The notes beneath the pieces were generated by a model. That model was not told where the DNA came from. It did no database searches and saw only the letters and a program-made list of their open reading frames with translations. 64,000 nucleotides of DNA, taken from assembly GCA_903857255.1 (NCBI GenBank), contig CAIODY010000034.1, forward strand, positions 8,127 to 72,126, read 5' to 3'. Of the stretch, positions 19,201 to 28,789 are shown piece after piece. How positions within the stretch are numbered: position 1 is the first letter of the stretch; every line of letters starts with the position of its first letter. The translations under genes were made by a program, and so were the position numbers. The stretch comes from an uncultured bacterium. GTDB lineage: Bacteria; Bacteroidota; Bacteroidia; Chitinophagales; CAIODY01.

Positions 19201-20954
19201 AATCAACAAGAAAAAATTATTACGAAAAATTTATTGAAAAATTAGAAAACAATTTGCCAGTAAAAGATATAGTGAAGTTGAAATTTGCTGATGAAACACA
19301 TCGCTATTTTGAAGTAACAGGAAAATTATCGGAAAACAAAAAATTTTACAAAGGCAATTTCCAAGATGTAACTGAACAACATGAAAAAGATAAGGCTTTG
19401 CATCAAAGCGAAGAGCGATTCAGAATGTTGTTTGAAAACACACCATCTATGTATTTCATCATGGATGAACAAGGCACAATTGTTTCTGTCAATCAGTTCG
19501 GAGCAGATACTTTGGGCTATAAAAAAACTGATTTAATCAATCAATATCATTCCATTTTATTCCATCCATCCGACAAATATTCAGTTGCCAAAAACCTTGA
19601 ACTATTAAAGCTTTCACCAAAAAATTATATGCAGTGGGAAGCTCGGAAAATCAAGAAATCGGGTGAAATAATTTGGGTAAAAGAAACTGCAAGAATTACC
19701 AAAAGTCAAAGAGGCGAAAACATTTATTTAATCGTTTGCGAAGACATCACCAGCGAAGTTCAAAATAGAATTTTGGTAAACAAAAAACAAACTGAATTAA
19801 TTAAAGCAAAAGAAAAAGCCGAAATGGCAGCAACCGAAAAATTGCATTTCACCAGCATCATGAGCCATGAAATAAGAACGCCATTGAATGCGGTAATTGG
19901 CATGAGTAATTTATTGCTAATGGAAAATCCACGTAAAGACCAAATCAGTGAATTAAATACACTGAAATTTTCAGCCGAAAATTTATTAATGCTGGTAAAT
20001 GATGTGTTGGATTATAGCAAAATTGAGGCAGGAAAAGTTGAGTTAGAAAAATCGCCATTCGAAATTCGTCAGTTGATTTATAACATTCGTAGCAGCTATA
20101 AATTCAAAGCCGATTCAAAAGAAATTTTCATCAACACATTCATTGATGAAGAAATCCCAACGATGCTAATTGGCGATGTGATGCGACTTGGGCAGGTGTT
20201 GAACAATTTAATTTCCAATGCAATTAAATTTACCGATAAGGGATTTGTAGAAATTTCGCTTCGCAAAATTCAGTATGCAAAAGATAGTGAAGTAAAAATC
20301 AGATTTGAAGTAATTGACACAGGCATTGGTATCCCGAAAGAAAAACGACAACTTATTTTTGATAGTTTTTCGCAAGCAGCTTTAGATACGTCAAGACGAT
20401 TTGGTGGTACTGGTTTGGGTTTGACCATCACTAAAAAATTGATTCAATTATTTGGCAGCGAAATTTATGTTGAGAGTGAAATTGACAAAGGCTCAACTTT
20501 TTATTTCGATTTAGTTTTTGAAATTGCACCACAACAAAAATTTGAAGTAATTGAAATTGATGGAATAAAAAATGATTTAACTACTTCAAAAAAAGTTTTA
20601 TTGGTGGAAGATAATCACATCAATAAAATCGTAGCCACCAAATTTTTGAATAAATGGAACTTGAATGTAGAAACTGCTATCAACGGAAAAGAGGCGTTGA
20701 AAAAATTAGATGCGAATCATTACGATTTGATTTTGATGGACTTGCACATGCCTGAAATGAGTGGTTTGGAGGCTTGCAGAATAATTCGTAATCATGAGAA
20801 TGTATCGTTTAAAAACATTCCAATCATTGCTTTAACGGCAGCAGCCATTGATAATGAAAAGGAAAAAGTTTTATCAGAAGGCATGAACGATTACATCAGT
20901 AAACCATTCAATCCAGAAGAATTGAAAGAGAAAATTTTCAAACATTTGTCATAG
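16275..20954 (+). CDS. Hybrid sensor histidine kinase/response regulator with multiple tandem PAS modules
   Basis: Seven repeated ~135-aa modules, each ending GT(I/F/L)R(D/N)(I/V)T, then one canonical PAS. H-box SHEIRTPLN (about nt 19866). HATPase motifs DTGIGI and GGTGLGL. C-terminal receiver (LILMDLHMPEMSG). Confidence 0.9.
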   Translation: MKLNAETLSYFNQSTHCICICKQAKNKNLETEIQVVYLNDRFREHFKIAASKPLYVKPQDFFPELLNNDLIHLVKEVFENGQAKEFTIKSEIPKVGELFLDTQLLKFQNYVIIKFKNNKSSKQIEKELLDKDLMLKDAYKLLKMGSMSIDLKTKKISTSLDLNELLELPAEKTYLTYDEYLNLISPDDRSESEANQKIILNGGTVNVERKIITPKGNIRYLESAAKAIFEDGKAVKIIGTIRDITKRKEEEIFIKKTEEKLIEKSKMLGEAHRLLNMTTFKIDMATGIMHSDFDFQEFFEMTKSDEPFTIPTLMSFFDAKDQEEIKANEQRILNGDGNVFIKEKKITTAKGNIKYVEIADRAIFEDGKCVHVVGTFRDITKRKKEELFLMEAERKLIENSRLTDISHAYLKMGTYHIDLATKTIYFSQNLANVLELPISQNQISFLDYLNLIHPDEKTEAAERLKKNLFEHTPYTLERRMITGKGNEIITEITGYPIIEDGNCIKFIGTLRDITQKKKAEQLLIDTQKKLEQSLQQTEHAHKILDMCTFVTDLKTGINHTNYDFSVVYELSEKKPYYTIQDYYKYLSTEDKIAAAENLKELVNEGKPFSSERKIITEKGNIKYIELTGQPIYEDGIVTKFLGTFRNITERKVAELKLQETEKKLSSTLKMLNEAHELLDMGAYTVDLITKKVTSELDINELYDLPEGNTEFTLDDYFKYIQKDEQKESEETFVRLIEHGTPFTKERRITTAKGVDKYVEITGNPVYENGKVTKITGTFRNITARKHQEIHLINTEIKLLEAQSLLQMGTFEVDLINKKTEHSLELCDILEFDEPTMINDTIEFLSYVHPDERQIADEHMKALITGCTDDYKVERKMLTKKGNVKYMEVVSRPIIINGRVMKFGGTFRDVTEKKLQEIWMEENQQRLKEASLLLRNGTFSLDMETKLVTVSDEVLEIVDNKIPKQFSATEFFNYLPESTRKNYYEKFIEKLENNLPVKDIVKLKFADETHRYFEVTGKLSENKKFYKGNFQDVTEQHEKDKALHQSEERFRMLFENTPSMYFIMDEQGTIVSVNQFGADTLGYKKTDLINQYHSILFHPSDKYSVAKNLELLKLSPKNYMQWEARKIKKSGEIIWVKETARITKSQRGENIYLIVCEDITSEVQNRILVNKKQTELIKAKEKAEMAATEKLHFTSIMSHEIRTPLNAVIGMSNLLLMENPRKDQISELNTLKFSAENLLMLVNDVLDYSKIEAGKVELEKSPFEIRQLIYNIRSSYKFKADSKEIFINTFIDEEIPTMLIGDVMRLGQVLNNLISNAIKFTDKGFVEISLRKIQYAKDSEVKIRFEVIDTGIGIPKEKRQLIFDSFSQAALDTSRRFGGTGLGLTITKKLIQLFGSEIYVESEIDKGSTFYFDLVFEIAPQQKFEVIEIDGIKNDLTTSKKVLLVEDNHINKIVATKFLNKWNLNVETAINGKEALKKLDANHYDLILMDLHMPEMSGLEACRIIRNHENVSFKNIPIIALTAAAIDNEKEKVLSEGMNDYISKPFNPEELKEKIFKHLS

Positions 20955-22151
20955 TTGCTTATTCAAATGTTTTGCTAAACAATAACCCATACTAAAATTT
21001 GCTTGCAGCAAATAGCCGCCAGTTGGTGCATCCCAATCTAACATTTCACCGATGCAAAAATGTTGAGGCAGTTTTTTCAATTCAAAATCAGTATTGATTT
21101 CATTCAGTGAAATTCCTCCAACTGTTGAAATGGCTTCGTCAATTGGAGCTAAACCAACAACTTTTATTGGTAAACTTTTTATCGCTTTTACCAAAGTATT
21201 CATGTTGGTAAATTCTTCTTTGCTTAAATAAAATTTTAAAATTGCAGTGGCAGTTTTACTCAAGCCGATTTTTGTTTCTAAATGATTACTCAAGGAATTT
21301 CTTTTGGGCTGATTCAATTTTTCTAAAACTTCTTGATGACTGAAAATAGGCTTGAAATCTACACAAATTGTAGTTTCCGCATTTTCACTCAATAGTTTTC
21401 TAATTGTTGAAGTCAACGCATAAACTGCGCCGCCTTCCAATCCGAATTTTGTGATTACCACTTCGCCTTTCAGTTCTTTATCACCACATTTTATAGAAAT
21501 ATTTTTTAGTGATTGCCCTTCGGCAATTTTTAGAAAATCCTTTTTCCAATCAATTTTCACGGCACAATTTGAAGATTGAAATGGAATAACTTGAATTCCT
21601 TTTTTCTCAAAATAATTTATCCAACTCCCATCAGAACCTGTAACTGACCAGCTTTTTCCGCCTAAAGCAAATACAATTTTATCTGCTGAAATAGCTTCAA
21701 CTCCACTATTCGTTTCGAATTGCAATTCATTATTTTCAGTCCAACCTTTCCATAAATATTGCGTTTTGATTTGAACATTTTTCTTTTTCAAAACTTCTAC
21801 AATTGCATTCAACACTTCAATCGGTTTACTATTTTTTTCTGGAAATACTCTGCCGCTTGTACCTATGAAAGTATCGATACCAATAGCTTTCAGCCAACTG
21901 ATTAAATCGTTGTTAGAAAATTCAGTAATTATTTTTTTTAAAAAATCAGCAGGTTTGTAGCGTTGAATAATTTTTTGTAAAGGCTCTGAATGTGTGATGT
22001 TTAATCCGCCATCGCCAGCCACTAAAAATTTTCTACCCAATGCTGCATTGCGTTCATAGATGGTAACATCGAATTTATTTTCATCCAAATGCGCCGCTAA
22101 CATCAGTGCTGATGCACCTCCTCCAATAATTGCAATAGATTGTTTAGGCAT
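20949..22151 (-). CDS. FAD-dependent oxidoreductase of the HI0933/BaiN family
   Basis: N-terminal dinucleotide motif IAIIGGGASALMLA; about 400 aa; C-terminal family pattern. Confidence 0.8.
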   Translation of the reverse strand: MPKQSIAIIGGGASALMLAAHLDENKFDVTIYERNAALGRKFLVAGDGGLNITHSEPLQKIIQRYKPADFLKKIITEFSNNDLISWLKAIGIDTFIGTSGRVFPEKNSKPIEVLNAIVEVLKKKNVQIKTQYLWKGWTENNELQFETNSGVEAISADKIVFALGGKSWSVTGSDGSWINYFEKKGIQVIPFQSSNCAVKIDWKKDFLKIAEGQSLKNISIKCGDKELKGEVVITKFGLEGGAVYALTSTIRKLLSENAETTICVDFKPIFSHQEVLEKLNQPKRNSLSNHLETKIGLSKTATAILKFYLSKEEFTNMNTLVKAIKSLPIKVVGLAPIDEAISTVGGISLNEINTDFELKKLPQHFCIGEMLDWDAPTGGYLLQANFSMGYCLAKHLNKQL

Positions 22152-22268
22152 TGGTTAAAATCAAAAAGTTTTGAAAAAAACAAAATAGTTGTTGAGTTAA
22201 TACAAATCAAACTTGCTTAACAATGACCAACAAAATTTCAATTAGGCATCACTATAATTTTAAGTTCA

Positions 22269-25200
22269 TCATTTAAATGCAATTTGCTTGGTATCGGCTT
22301 CGGCTACTTTATTGAAAAAATCTTTGAAAGCATTGTAATCAGCTGGGTTTAAAATATCAGCAGTCGCTTTCATTTCACGGGTGACTACAATTTTTCCGGC
22401 ATGACTATAATCATAATTCAAATGATATTCAGCCACCGAACAAGTTAAATTAACCGAAGCAGGTTTTTCTTGCAAAGCTACACCAGCAGGCAATTCGATA
22501 GTCAATTGCTCCATATTGTAAGGGATTGGATTATATGCCCAAGTCAAAAACGGATAGTTGCGTTTCTCCAGCGAAATAAAATCTAACGATTCTACTGCAT
22601 CGGTCCAAGGCAGGCGAAATATTTTCATGCCAGCCACTTCGTTCACTGCTTTTTTCACGGTGAATGAATATTCCATTTTCACCGTGTCTTGCAATTTTTT
22701 CAAATCGCCCAATTTCAAATAATTCAATTTGGTAGGTGTGCTAAAACTGCCCGATACATTTTGGGTTAAAGTTTTCTCCCTTTCTTCCTGCCCTAAATCA
22801 ACATAATCACTTCGTAATGAAGATGCCATTGCACCCCAACGAGTAATGTTTCGGCTGAAAGTCATATCATTATTTTGAAAACTAATTGTGCCCGTTCTTT
22901 CCACCCGATTATGAATGATAGTTGGCAAATCAATTTTGGTTAAAGTGCTTGCTGCTTCGTCATTATCACGAGGGATAAACAAACTGTTGGCTCTAAAATC
23001 TTCTGATGGCAAATTTGCAAATGCTAATTTTTGGTCAGTGAGTTCGATGTAATATTTTTTATCGCCCAAAGTCAGCAATGAAATGCAATGATTAAAATCC
23101 ATCGAAGGCAAATGCAAATGATTTTCGCCATTGCTTCGAGTATCAACCAACACCAAATTAGCTTTCAAACCAGCTTCTTTACACATGGCTACAAACAGCG
23201 TAGATACATCTTTGCAATCGCCCAATTTAGTGGCTAATGTTCGGGCAGCTTTTTGCGGAATGATAGCGCCGTGCATAAACGATATATTGCTGTAAGCAAT
23301 GTTGGTAGCAATATAATTGTAAATCAGTTTTGCTTTTTCTAAATCAGTGAAGTTGGTTTTATCTTTCAATAAATCAGCTACTACTTCTTTCACTTCAAAA
23401 TCTTGTTTGGCTTTTGATGAAGATAAATCACTGTACCAATTGCTCATAAATTTCCAATCAGGAATGCTTGATAAACTCAAGGTTGGTGCAACATCCACTA
23501 GTTCAGGCATATATGGTTCTGATTTTATCGCCGCTTGATTTTCTAATTGCCAAGTGTACAACTTCATGCCTTCCAGATTTTTTATCGCAGGCTTTAAATC
23601 ACCATTTAGTATTTCGTATTGAAATGTTTTTCCATCAGGCACCAAAATGCTGTAACGGGCTTTGGCCGATGGAATGCCATATTGAAAATGAAACTGGTCC
23701 CAGAAATATTGCGATAGTTTTCCAGTAGCATAGCTTTCAATTTTATACAACAAATGAATCGCATCACCAACCTCTAAATTAGTGAACACCACTGTGCCAT
23801 CGTTTTCTTCGGCTTTCACACGGCTGCCATCAGCTTTTAATAATTCAGCTTTATCCAATACCACACGTTGCGAATAAGGATTGTAGCCAATTTGATATTG
23901 TTTCCAAGTTTCAATGCCCGATTGATTAAAAACTTTCACCAACAATTCTTCTTTTTGTTCAGATGCATTTTCAGGATAAATGATGCGTTGTGTTTCGTTT
24001 AATAAAATAATACTGTTGTCATTCGGGTAATCTTTAGCCGTTGGTGAATTCTTGTACAAGTCATAAGCATCAGCCGTTTCGAAGTTTTCATACAAATCTT
24101 TTTTGCCCTCTAATTTTCGCAAGGCAGCTCTTGAATCGTAATCAGTTGGTGCATAGCTAATCGCTTTTTGATAAGCAGCTTTGGCTTCCTCAGTTTTATT
24201 CATAGCTTCAAAAATCTTTCCTCTATCAGCAAAATAAGCCCCTACATAAGGAGCTAATTCCAACGTTTTATTGTTCCAATTCAATGCTTCTGTATAGTTT
24301 TGCGTTTCATAATACACATCACTCAATTGGCTGTAAAAGCCCACCGCATAAGGGAAATCAGTGGTTCGTTTCCTCATCATATCCAACGCATCAGCTTTGC
24401 TGCCATTTTTAAACAAATGTTCAATCAGCATTTTTTCAGCTTGTTCGCTGTAATACTTTTTGCAAAAATCTTTTACAATTTTAATTGCCTTGTTTTCATC
24501 TTTCGATTTATTCAATTCAATGTTGTAAGCCAAATTCATCAGCTCTTCATTTTCAGGATGTTCAGCATACATTTTCTTACCAAATTCAATCAATTCAGGA
24601 ATTTGTTTTTTATTCGCAAACAAGCCCAGTTGATAGGTTTCCACTAAATAATCATCATGGTAAATGGTTTTAATTTTATCCATCAACTTAGCCGTTTCAT
24701 CATAATCTTCCCGATTATTGGCTTCGCTAATTTTCAATTGCAAAGCTTCTAACGATTCGGCATCGGTGCGTTTTATCTTTTCTTGTTCTTTAGTTAAATC
24801 AGTTTGGTTTTTATCACGAGCATAAGCTTCAATCATTCTATCGCTGATGTAAGTATTGTTAGGTGCCAATGTTTGTGGATGCTTCAGCACTTTTCGGGCA
24901 TCGTAAATTTTATCATTTCGCATCAACACATCAGCATACAGCAATAAATTGGTTAAATCATCTGGCTTGTTTTTTAATTCTTTTTCAAAAAAATCTTCGG
25001 CAAATAATGGCTCTGCAACAATCTTGTAATCAGCAGATTTGTTGTATTCTTGTGTTTTGTTAGAAGAAGTAATGCCGCTGATTGGATTACCTTTTTCATC
25101 AGTGAGGCGGATTAAAAAATTAGCAGCATTCGTTTCGCTTTCGCCAATCTGCACCAAGAAACGATTGTAGCCTTTGTTCAATTTTATTTTCTGATTGTAA

Positions 25201-26021
25201 ATATCTAAATCAGCATTTCGTTCGGTTGCTTCGCTTAAAATATTGCAATCATTTACCCATATTTTCATTGAGCCGCTGCATCCAGCACGTAAAGTAACTT
25301 CCTGCTCTGTTGCGCTATACACATAGGTTTGAGCAAACATGATGGAGTTATCAATACTAAAATAATAATCGAAATAAAACCATCGGTCATCGCGTTGAAA
25401 CGGCGGCGCAAACCATTTTACAGCAGCACCCACTTTATCTTTAAATTCTTCATCGGTTTTATTTTTCAATGCACCCCATTCTTTATTAAAACCACTTCCG
25501 CTGGTATTATCAAATGTGCCTAACACTTGCCAGTTATCAATACTTCCAATTTTATCATACTCATTTTTGCGTTCTTTAAATTTGTTGATGCTTTCAAAAT
25601 GATGCCCCAAAGCCACATGTGCCATGGCTTTCAGCGTTCCATGTGCTTTGGTATCATTGATAATTTGATTCAAAAATTTAACTTTTGGTTCGCTCAAATT
25701 TGCCCGTGAGCCATACAAAATCGGCATACTCCAATACGCATATAAATACGGGTAAGGATTGTTGGATGAATTATAAAACTGTGTGAAAGTTTGAAATGCG
25801 CTATCGTTTTTATTGCAAGTCCATTGCACCATCATCAAGCCCAAATAGGCTTTGTCTTTATTCGGTTCATTATCCTCGATTGCTTTTGCAAAAAGCATTT
25901 TGGCTTCATTGCGTTGGTTGTTATTAAAGGCTTGCCAAGCTTTTTCATAATTACCAGCGAATGTTTTGATGGAGATGAAAGCCGCAATGGCAGTAAGTTG
26001 CAGTGGTTTGCTAAAATTCAT
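22269..26021 (-). CDS. Large secreted TPR + DUF3857-like + transglutaminase-like domain protein
   Basis: Signal peptide and TPR-like repeats. Transglutaminase-core Cys context GDCKDVSTLFVAMCKEAGL. Confidence 0.7.
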   Translation of the reverse strand: MNFSKPLQLTAIAAFISIKTFAGNYEKAWQAFNNNQRNEAKMLFAKAIEDNEPNKDKAYLGLMMVQWTCNKNDSAFQTFTQFYNSSNNPYPYLYAYWSMPILYGSRANLSEPKVKFLNQIINDTKAHGTLKAMAHVALGHHFESINKFKERKNEYDKIGSIDNWQVLGTFDNTSGSGFNKEWGALKNKTDEEFKDKVGAAVKWFAPPFQRDDRWFYFDYYFSIDNSIMFAQTYVYSATEQEVTLRAGCSGSMKIWVNDCNILSEATERNADLDIYNQKIKLNKGYNRFLVQIGESETNAANFLIRLTDEKGNPISGITSSNKTQEYNKSADYKIVAEPLFAEDFFEKELKNKPDDLTNLLLYADVLMRNDKIYDARKVLKHPQTLAPNNTYISDRMIEAYARDKNQTDLTKEQEKIKRTDAESLEALQLKISEANNREDYDETAKLMDKIKTIYHDDYLVETYQLGLFANKKQIPELIEFGKKMYAEHPENEELMNLAYNIELNKSKDENKAIKIVKDFCKKYYSEQAEKMLIEHLFKNGSKADALDMMRKRTTDFPYAVGFYSQLSDVYYETQNYTEALNWNNKTLELAPYVGAYFADRGKIFEAMNKTEEAKAAYQKAISYAPTDYDSRAALRKLEGKKDLYENFETADAYDLYKNSPTAKDYPNDNSIILLNETQRIIYPENASEQKEELLVKVFNQSGIETWKQYQIGYNPYSQRVVLDKAELLKADGSRVKAEENDGTVVFTNLEVGDAIHLLYKIESYATGKLSQYFWDQFHFQYGIPSAKARYSILVPDGKTFQYEILNGDLKPAIKNLEGMKLYTWQLENQAAIKSEPYMPELVDVAPTLSLSSIPDWKFMSNWYSDLSSSKAKQDFEVKEVVADLLKDKTNFTDLEKAKLIYNYIATNIAYSNISFMHGAIIPQKAARTLATKLGDCKDVSTLFVAMCKEAGLKANLVLVDTRSNGENHLHLPSMDFNHCISLLTLGDKKYYIELTDQKLAFANLPSEDFRANSLFIPRDNDEAASTLTKIDLPTIIHNRVERTGTISFQNNDMTFSRNITRWGAMASSLRSDYVDLGQEEREKTLTQNVSGSFSTPTKLNYLKLGDLKKLQDTVKMEYSFTVKKAVNEVAGMKIFRLPWTDAVESLDFISLEKRNYPFLTWAYNPIPYNMEQLTIELPAGVALQEKPASVNLTCSVAEYHLNYDYSHAGKIVVTREMKATADILNPADYNAFKDFFNKVAEADTKQIAFK

Positions 26022-26154
26022 GGAGAAGAAATATTAAGACGCTAAAGTATTTACGATAGGCTAATTTTCAAGAATTATTTTGTGATTTAATTCTACACCA
26101 ACTTTAATCTTTCAATTGTTAAACATCAACAGTAAAAATATGGTAGTTGTTTAA

Positions 26155-26190
26155 GCACAAAAAAAGGCGAAATTTTTGGTTTCGCCTTTT
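26155..26190 (-). terminator. Rho-independent terminator after the OmpA-family gene
   Basis: ggcgaaa (26166-26172) pairs with tttcgcc (26180-26186). A T-run follows on the minus strand. Confidence 0.65.
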
Positions 26191-26212
26191 TAAAATTTTG
26201 TCCCATAATCTG

Positions 26213-27682
26213 TTATTTCAACTTCATTTCCACTCTTCTGTTTTGTGCTTTATTTTGCAAAGTAGTGTTAGCTACTAAAGGCATTGTATCGCCAAACCCT
26301 TTAGCAGTCAATCGTGCAGCATCAATTCCTTTTTTCACTAAATATGCTTTCACAGCATTGGCACGTTTATCACTTAATTCTAAATTCTTTTTTGCATCGC
26401 CTACATTATCGGTATGTCCGTTAATATCTAATTTGTAATGGGCATTTTCTTTCAACACAATTATAGCCTTATCTAACGAAGCATAAGAAGAACTCAACAA
26501 CATTTCGCTACCAGTAGCGAAATTGATATTGTGAATTAATACATCCAGCTTTTGTTGGTCTTCTACTTTTACCGTTTGCATAGGACAGCCATTATTTTCA
26601 ATAGTGCCTTTTACATCCGGACATTTATCATCTTTATCAGCCACACCATCGCCATCTTTATCAGGGCAGCCATTGGTAGCAGCAGTTCCCCTTTCATTTG
26701 GGCAAGCATCTTTAGTATCTGGAATGCCATCACCATCTGCATCTGCAGGGCAACCACTGTTGGCAGCTACACCAGCCACAGTAGGGCATTTATCCATGTA
26801 ATCAGGCACGCCATCACCATCTGTATCAGGGCAACCATTGGTAGCAATTGTTCCTTTTTCATTCGGGCAATAATCTTTGTCATCTGATATTCCATCGCCA
26901 TCCGTATCAGGGCAACCATGCAATTCGATAGAACCTTTTACGGTTGGACATTTATCAAAATAATCAGGTACACCATCACCGTCAGAATCAGCAGGGCAAC
27001 CTTGTTCATTCACTTTCACACCCATTGCTGTATTCGGACAATTGTCTTTCCAATCAGGCACGCCATCACCATCGCTATCTCGTTTGGTATGAATTGGAAA
27101 ATTGAAAACAAAACCCAAAGTGTGTTGAGCAAATCTATCCCCTTTGCCATTCATCAAGCCATCAATTTCATCATTTTTAGTAATGCCATAAACTGATTGC
27201 AATTGAAAATGAATATCCTTCGCTAAGCGAATTTTTATACCATAACCCAATTCAAAAGCCAATGCAGATGTACGCCCGATGGTATATTCTGAATTTGCAA
27301 ACATCGCTGCCGAGCCGATTAAAAAATAAGGTGCAATACGAGCATCTTCTTTCAAAAATTTTCCATTGTTCAATTTCAAATGCAAACGAACACCATAATC
27401 AAAAAAATTACCATCGAAATGAACCGAATCATTTTTGTGAAATGCCCAATTAGAATAATTTACAAACGCAAAACCATCTAAATATGGATTGATATAATAA
27501 CCAACAGAGAGACCATAGGTTGATTTTTCAGTGTTGAATTGATAAAATAAATTATCACCCATATCGCCGCGATAGCCCGAGAAACCTGCATGTAAGCCTA
27601 ATGCCCATTTATCAGTTTTGTCTTGGCTAAATGCCAATGATGCGCAACAAATCACGACAATAAAGAGTAGAATTTTCTTCAT
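26213..27682 (-). CDS. OmpA-family outer membrane protein with six thrombospondin type-3 (calcium-binding) repeats
   Basis: N-terminal beta-barrel region. Six D(S/T/A/K)DGDG(V/I)(P/S/A)D...CP repeats. C-terminal OmpA domain (NRRVEMKL). Confidence 0.9.
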   Translation of the reverse strand: MKKILLFIVVICCASLAFSQDKTDKWALGLHAGFSGYRGDMGDNLFYQFNTEKSTYGLSVGYYINPYLDGFAFVNYSNWAFHKNDSVHFDGNFFDYGVRLHLKLNNGKFLKEDARIAPYFLIGSAAMFANSEYTIGRTSALAFELGYGIKIRLAKDIHFQLQSVYGITKNDEIDGLMNGKGDRFAQHTLGFVFNFPIHTKRDSDGDGVPDWKDNCPNTAMGVKVNEQGCPADSDGDGVPDYFDKCPTVKGSIELHGCPDTDGDGISDDKDYCPNEKGTIATNGCPDTDGDGVPDYMDKCPTVAGVAANSGCPADADGDGIPDTKDACPNERGTAATNGCPDKDGDGVADKDDKCPDVKGTIENNGCPMQTVKVEDQQKLDVLIHNINFATGSEMLLSSSYASLDKAIIVLKENAHYKLDINGHTDNVGDAKKNLELSDKRANAVKAYLVKKGIDAARLTAKGFGDTMPLVANTTLQNKAQNRRVEMKLK

Positions 27683-27728
27683 AAAAAATAGATTTTGATT
27701 AAATTGAAAAACAAAAGTAGAAATTTAT

Positions 27729-28787
27729 TTAGTTAAAATTACGAATCAACGCTGCCAGTTTTTCAACACCTGCCATCGGCATTGCATTATAAATTGAAGC
27801 TCTGAAACCGCCTGCTGTTCTATGTCCTGCGATATTGATAATTTCGTTGGATGCAGCTGAGTGCATAAATTTTTCTTCCAACAATTTTTCCTTTGCTTTA
27901 AAAACAATATTCATTTGGCTGCGAAATTCTTTTTCCACTTCGCAAATAAAATTAGGATTGGCATCAATCGCTTCGTACAACATTTTTGCTTTTAAATTAT
28001 TATTGGCAAAAATGTTTTTCAAAGTTTGTTTTTTCATCCATCGCAACATCAAAAGGCTTATGAACACTGCATATACGGATGGTGTACTATAAATTGATTT
28101 TGCATCAACATGATTTTTGAAATTGAAAATAGCTGGCACATTTTCATTTATTTTTTCCAACAAATTTTTCTTCAACAGCACTATGTTGCTACCAGCAGTT
28201 CCCAGATTTTTATGGGTGCTTGCATAAATAAAATCGAATTGATTGTAGTTAATTTTTCGACTCAATATATCACTACTCATGTCGGCAAACAGAGGAATAT
28301 TAAATTTTTCAAAGTTTTTCCATTGTGTTCCTTCAATGGTGTTGTTGGTAGTAATGTGCAAATATTCTGCGTCAATATTTTTTGTTACGAAGCTTGGAAT
28401 GTAGTTGTAATGCCTATTTTCAGACGATGCAATGATTTTTACCTTGCTAAAATATTTTGTTGCAGCAATTGCTTTTTCGCTCCAATAACCTGTGTTTACA
28501 AATGCTGCTGATTTATTTTTTGTTAGAAAATTCATTGGTATCATGGCAAACAAATTACTTGCGCCACCGCTTAAATAAAGAATTTCAAAGTCATCATTCA
28601 ATTCACACAATTCTTTTAACAGCGATTTTGCTTCGTCTAAAATTTCTTCATACAAATAGCTGCGGTGTGAAATTTCTAAAATGCTTTGATGAGCTTTGTA
28701 ATGTAAAACAGCTTCTGAAGCCTGTTGTAGCACTTCAGGTGGTAACATTGCAGGACCAGAATTAAAATTGTAAATCATCTTTTTCAA
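27729..28787 (-). CDS. serC: Phosphoserine aminotransferase
   Basis: N-terminus FNSGPAMLPPEVL; PLP-lysine context STHKNLG. Confidence 0.9.
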   Translation of the reverse strand: MKKMIYNFNSGPAMLPPEVLQQASEAVLHYKAHQSILEISHRSYLYEEILDEAKSLLKELCELNDDFEILYLSGGASNLFAMIPMNFLTKNKSAAFVNTGYWSEKAIAATKYFSKVKIIASSENRHYNYIPSFVTKNIDAEYLHITTNNTIEGTQWKNFEKFNIPLFADMSSDILSRKINYNQFDFIYASTHKNLGTAGSNIVLLKKNLLEKINENVPAIFNFKNHVDAKSIYSTPSVYAVFISLLMLRWMKKQTLKNIFANNNLKAKMLYEAIDANPNFICEVEKEFRSQMNIVFKAKEKLLEEKFMHSAASNEIINIAGHRTAGGFRASIYNAMPMAGVEKLAALIRNFN

Positions 28788-28789
28788 AA

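Noticed and set aside
20949-20954. A 6-nt convergent overlap between the hybrid-kinase stop and the flavoprotein stop, with no terminator between them.
   Set aside because: Short convergent overlaps are common. There is no structure or motif suggesting regulation.
26590-27080. A DNA-level periodicity that initially looked like a repeat array.
   Set aside because: It is explained by the six thrombospondin type-3 repeats within the OmpA-family CDS.
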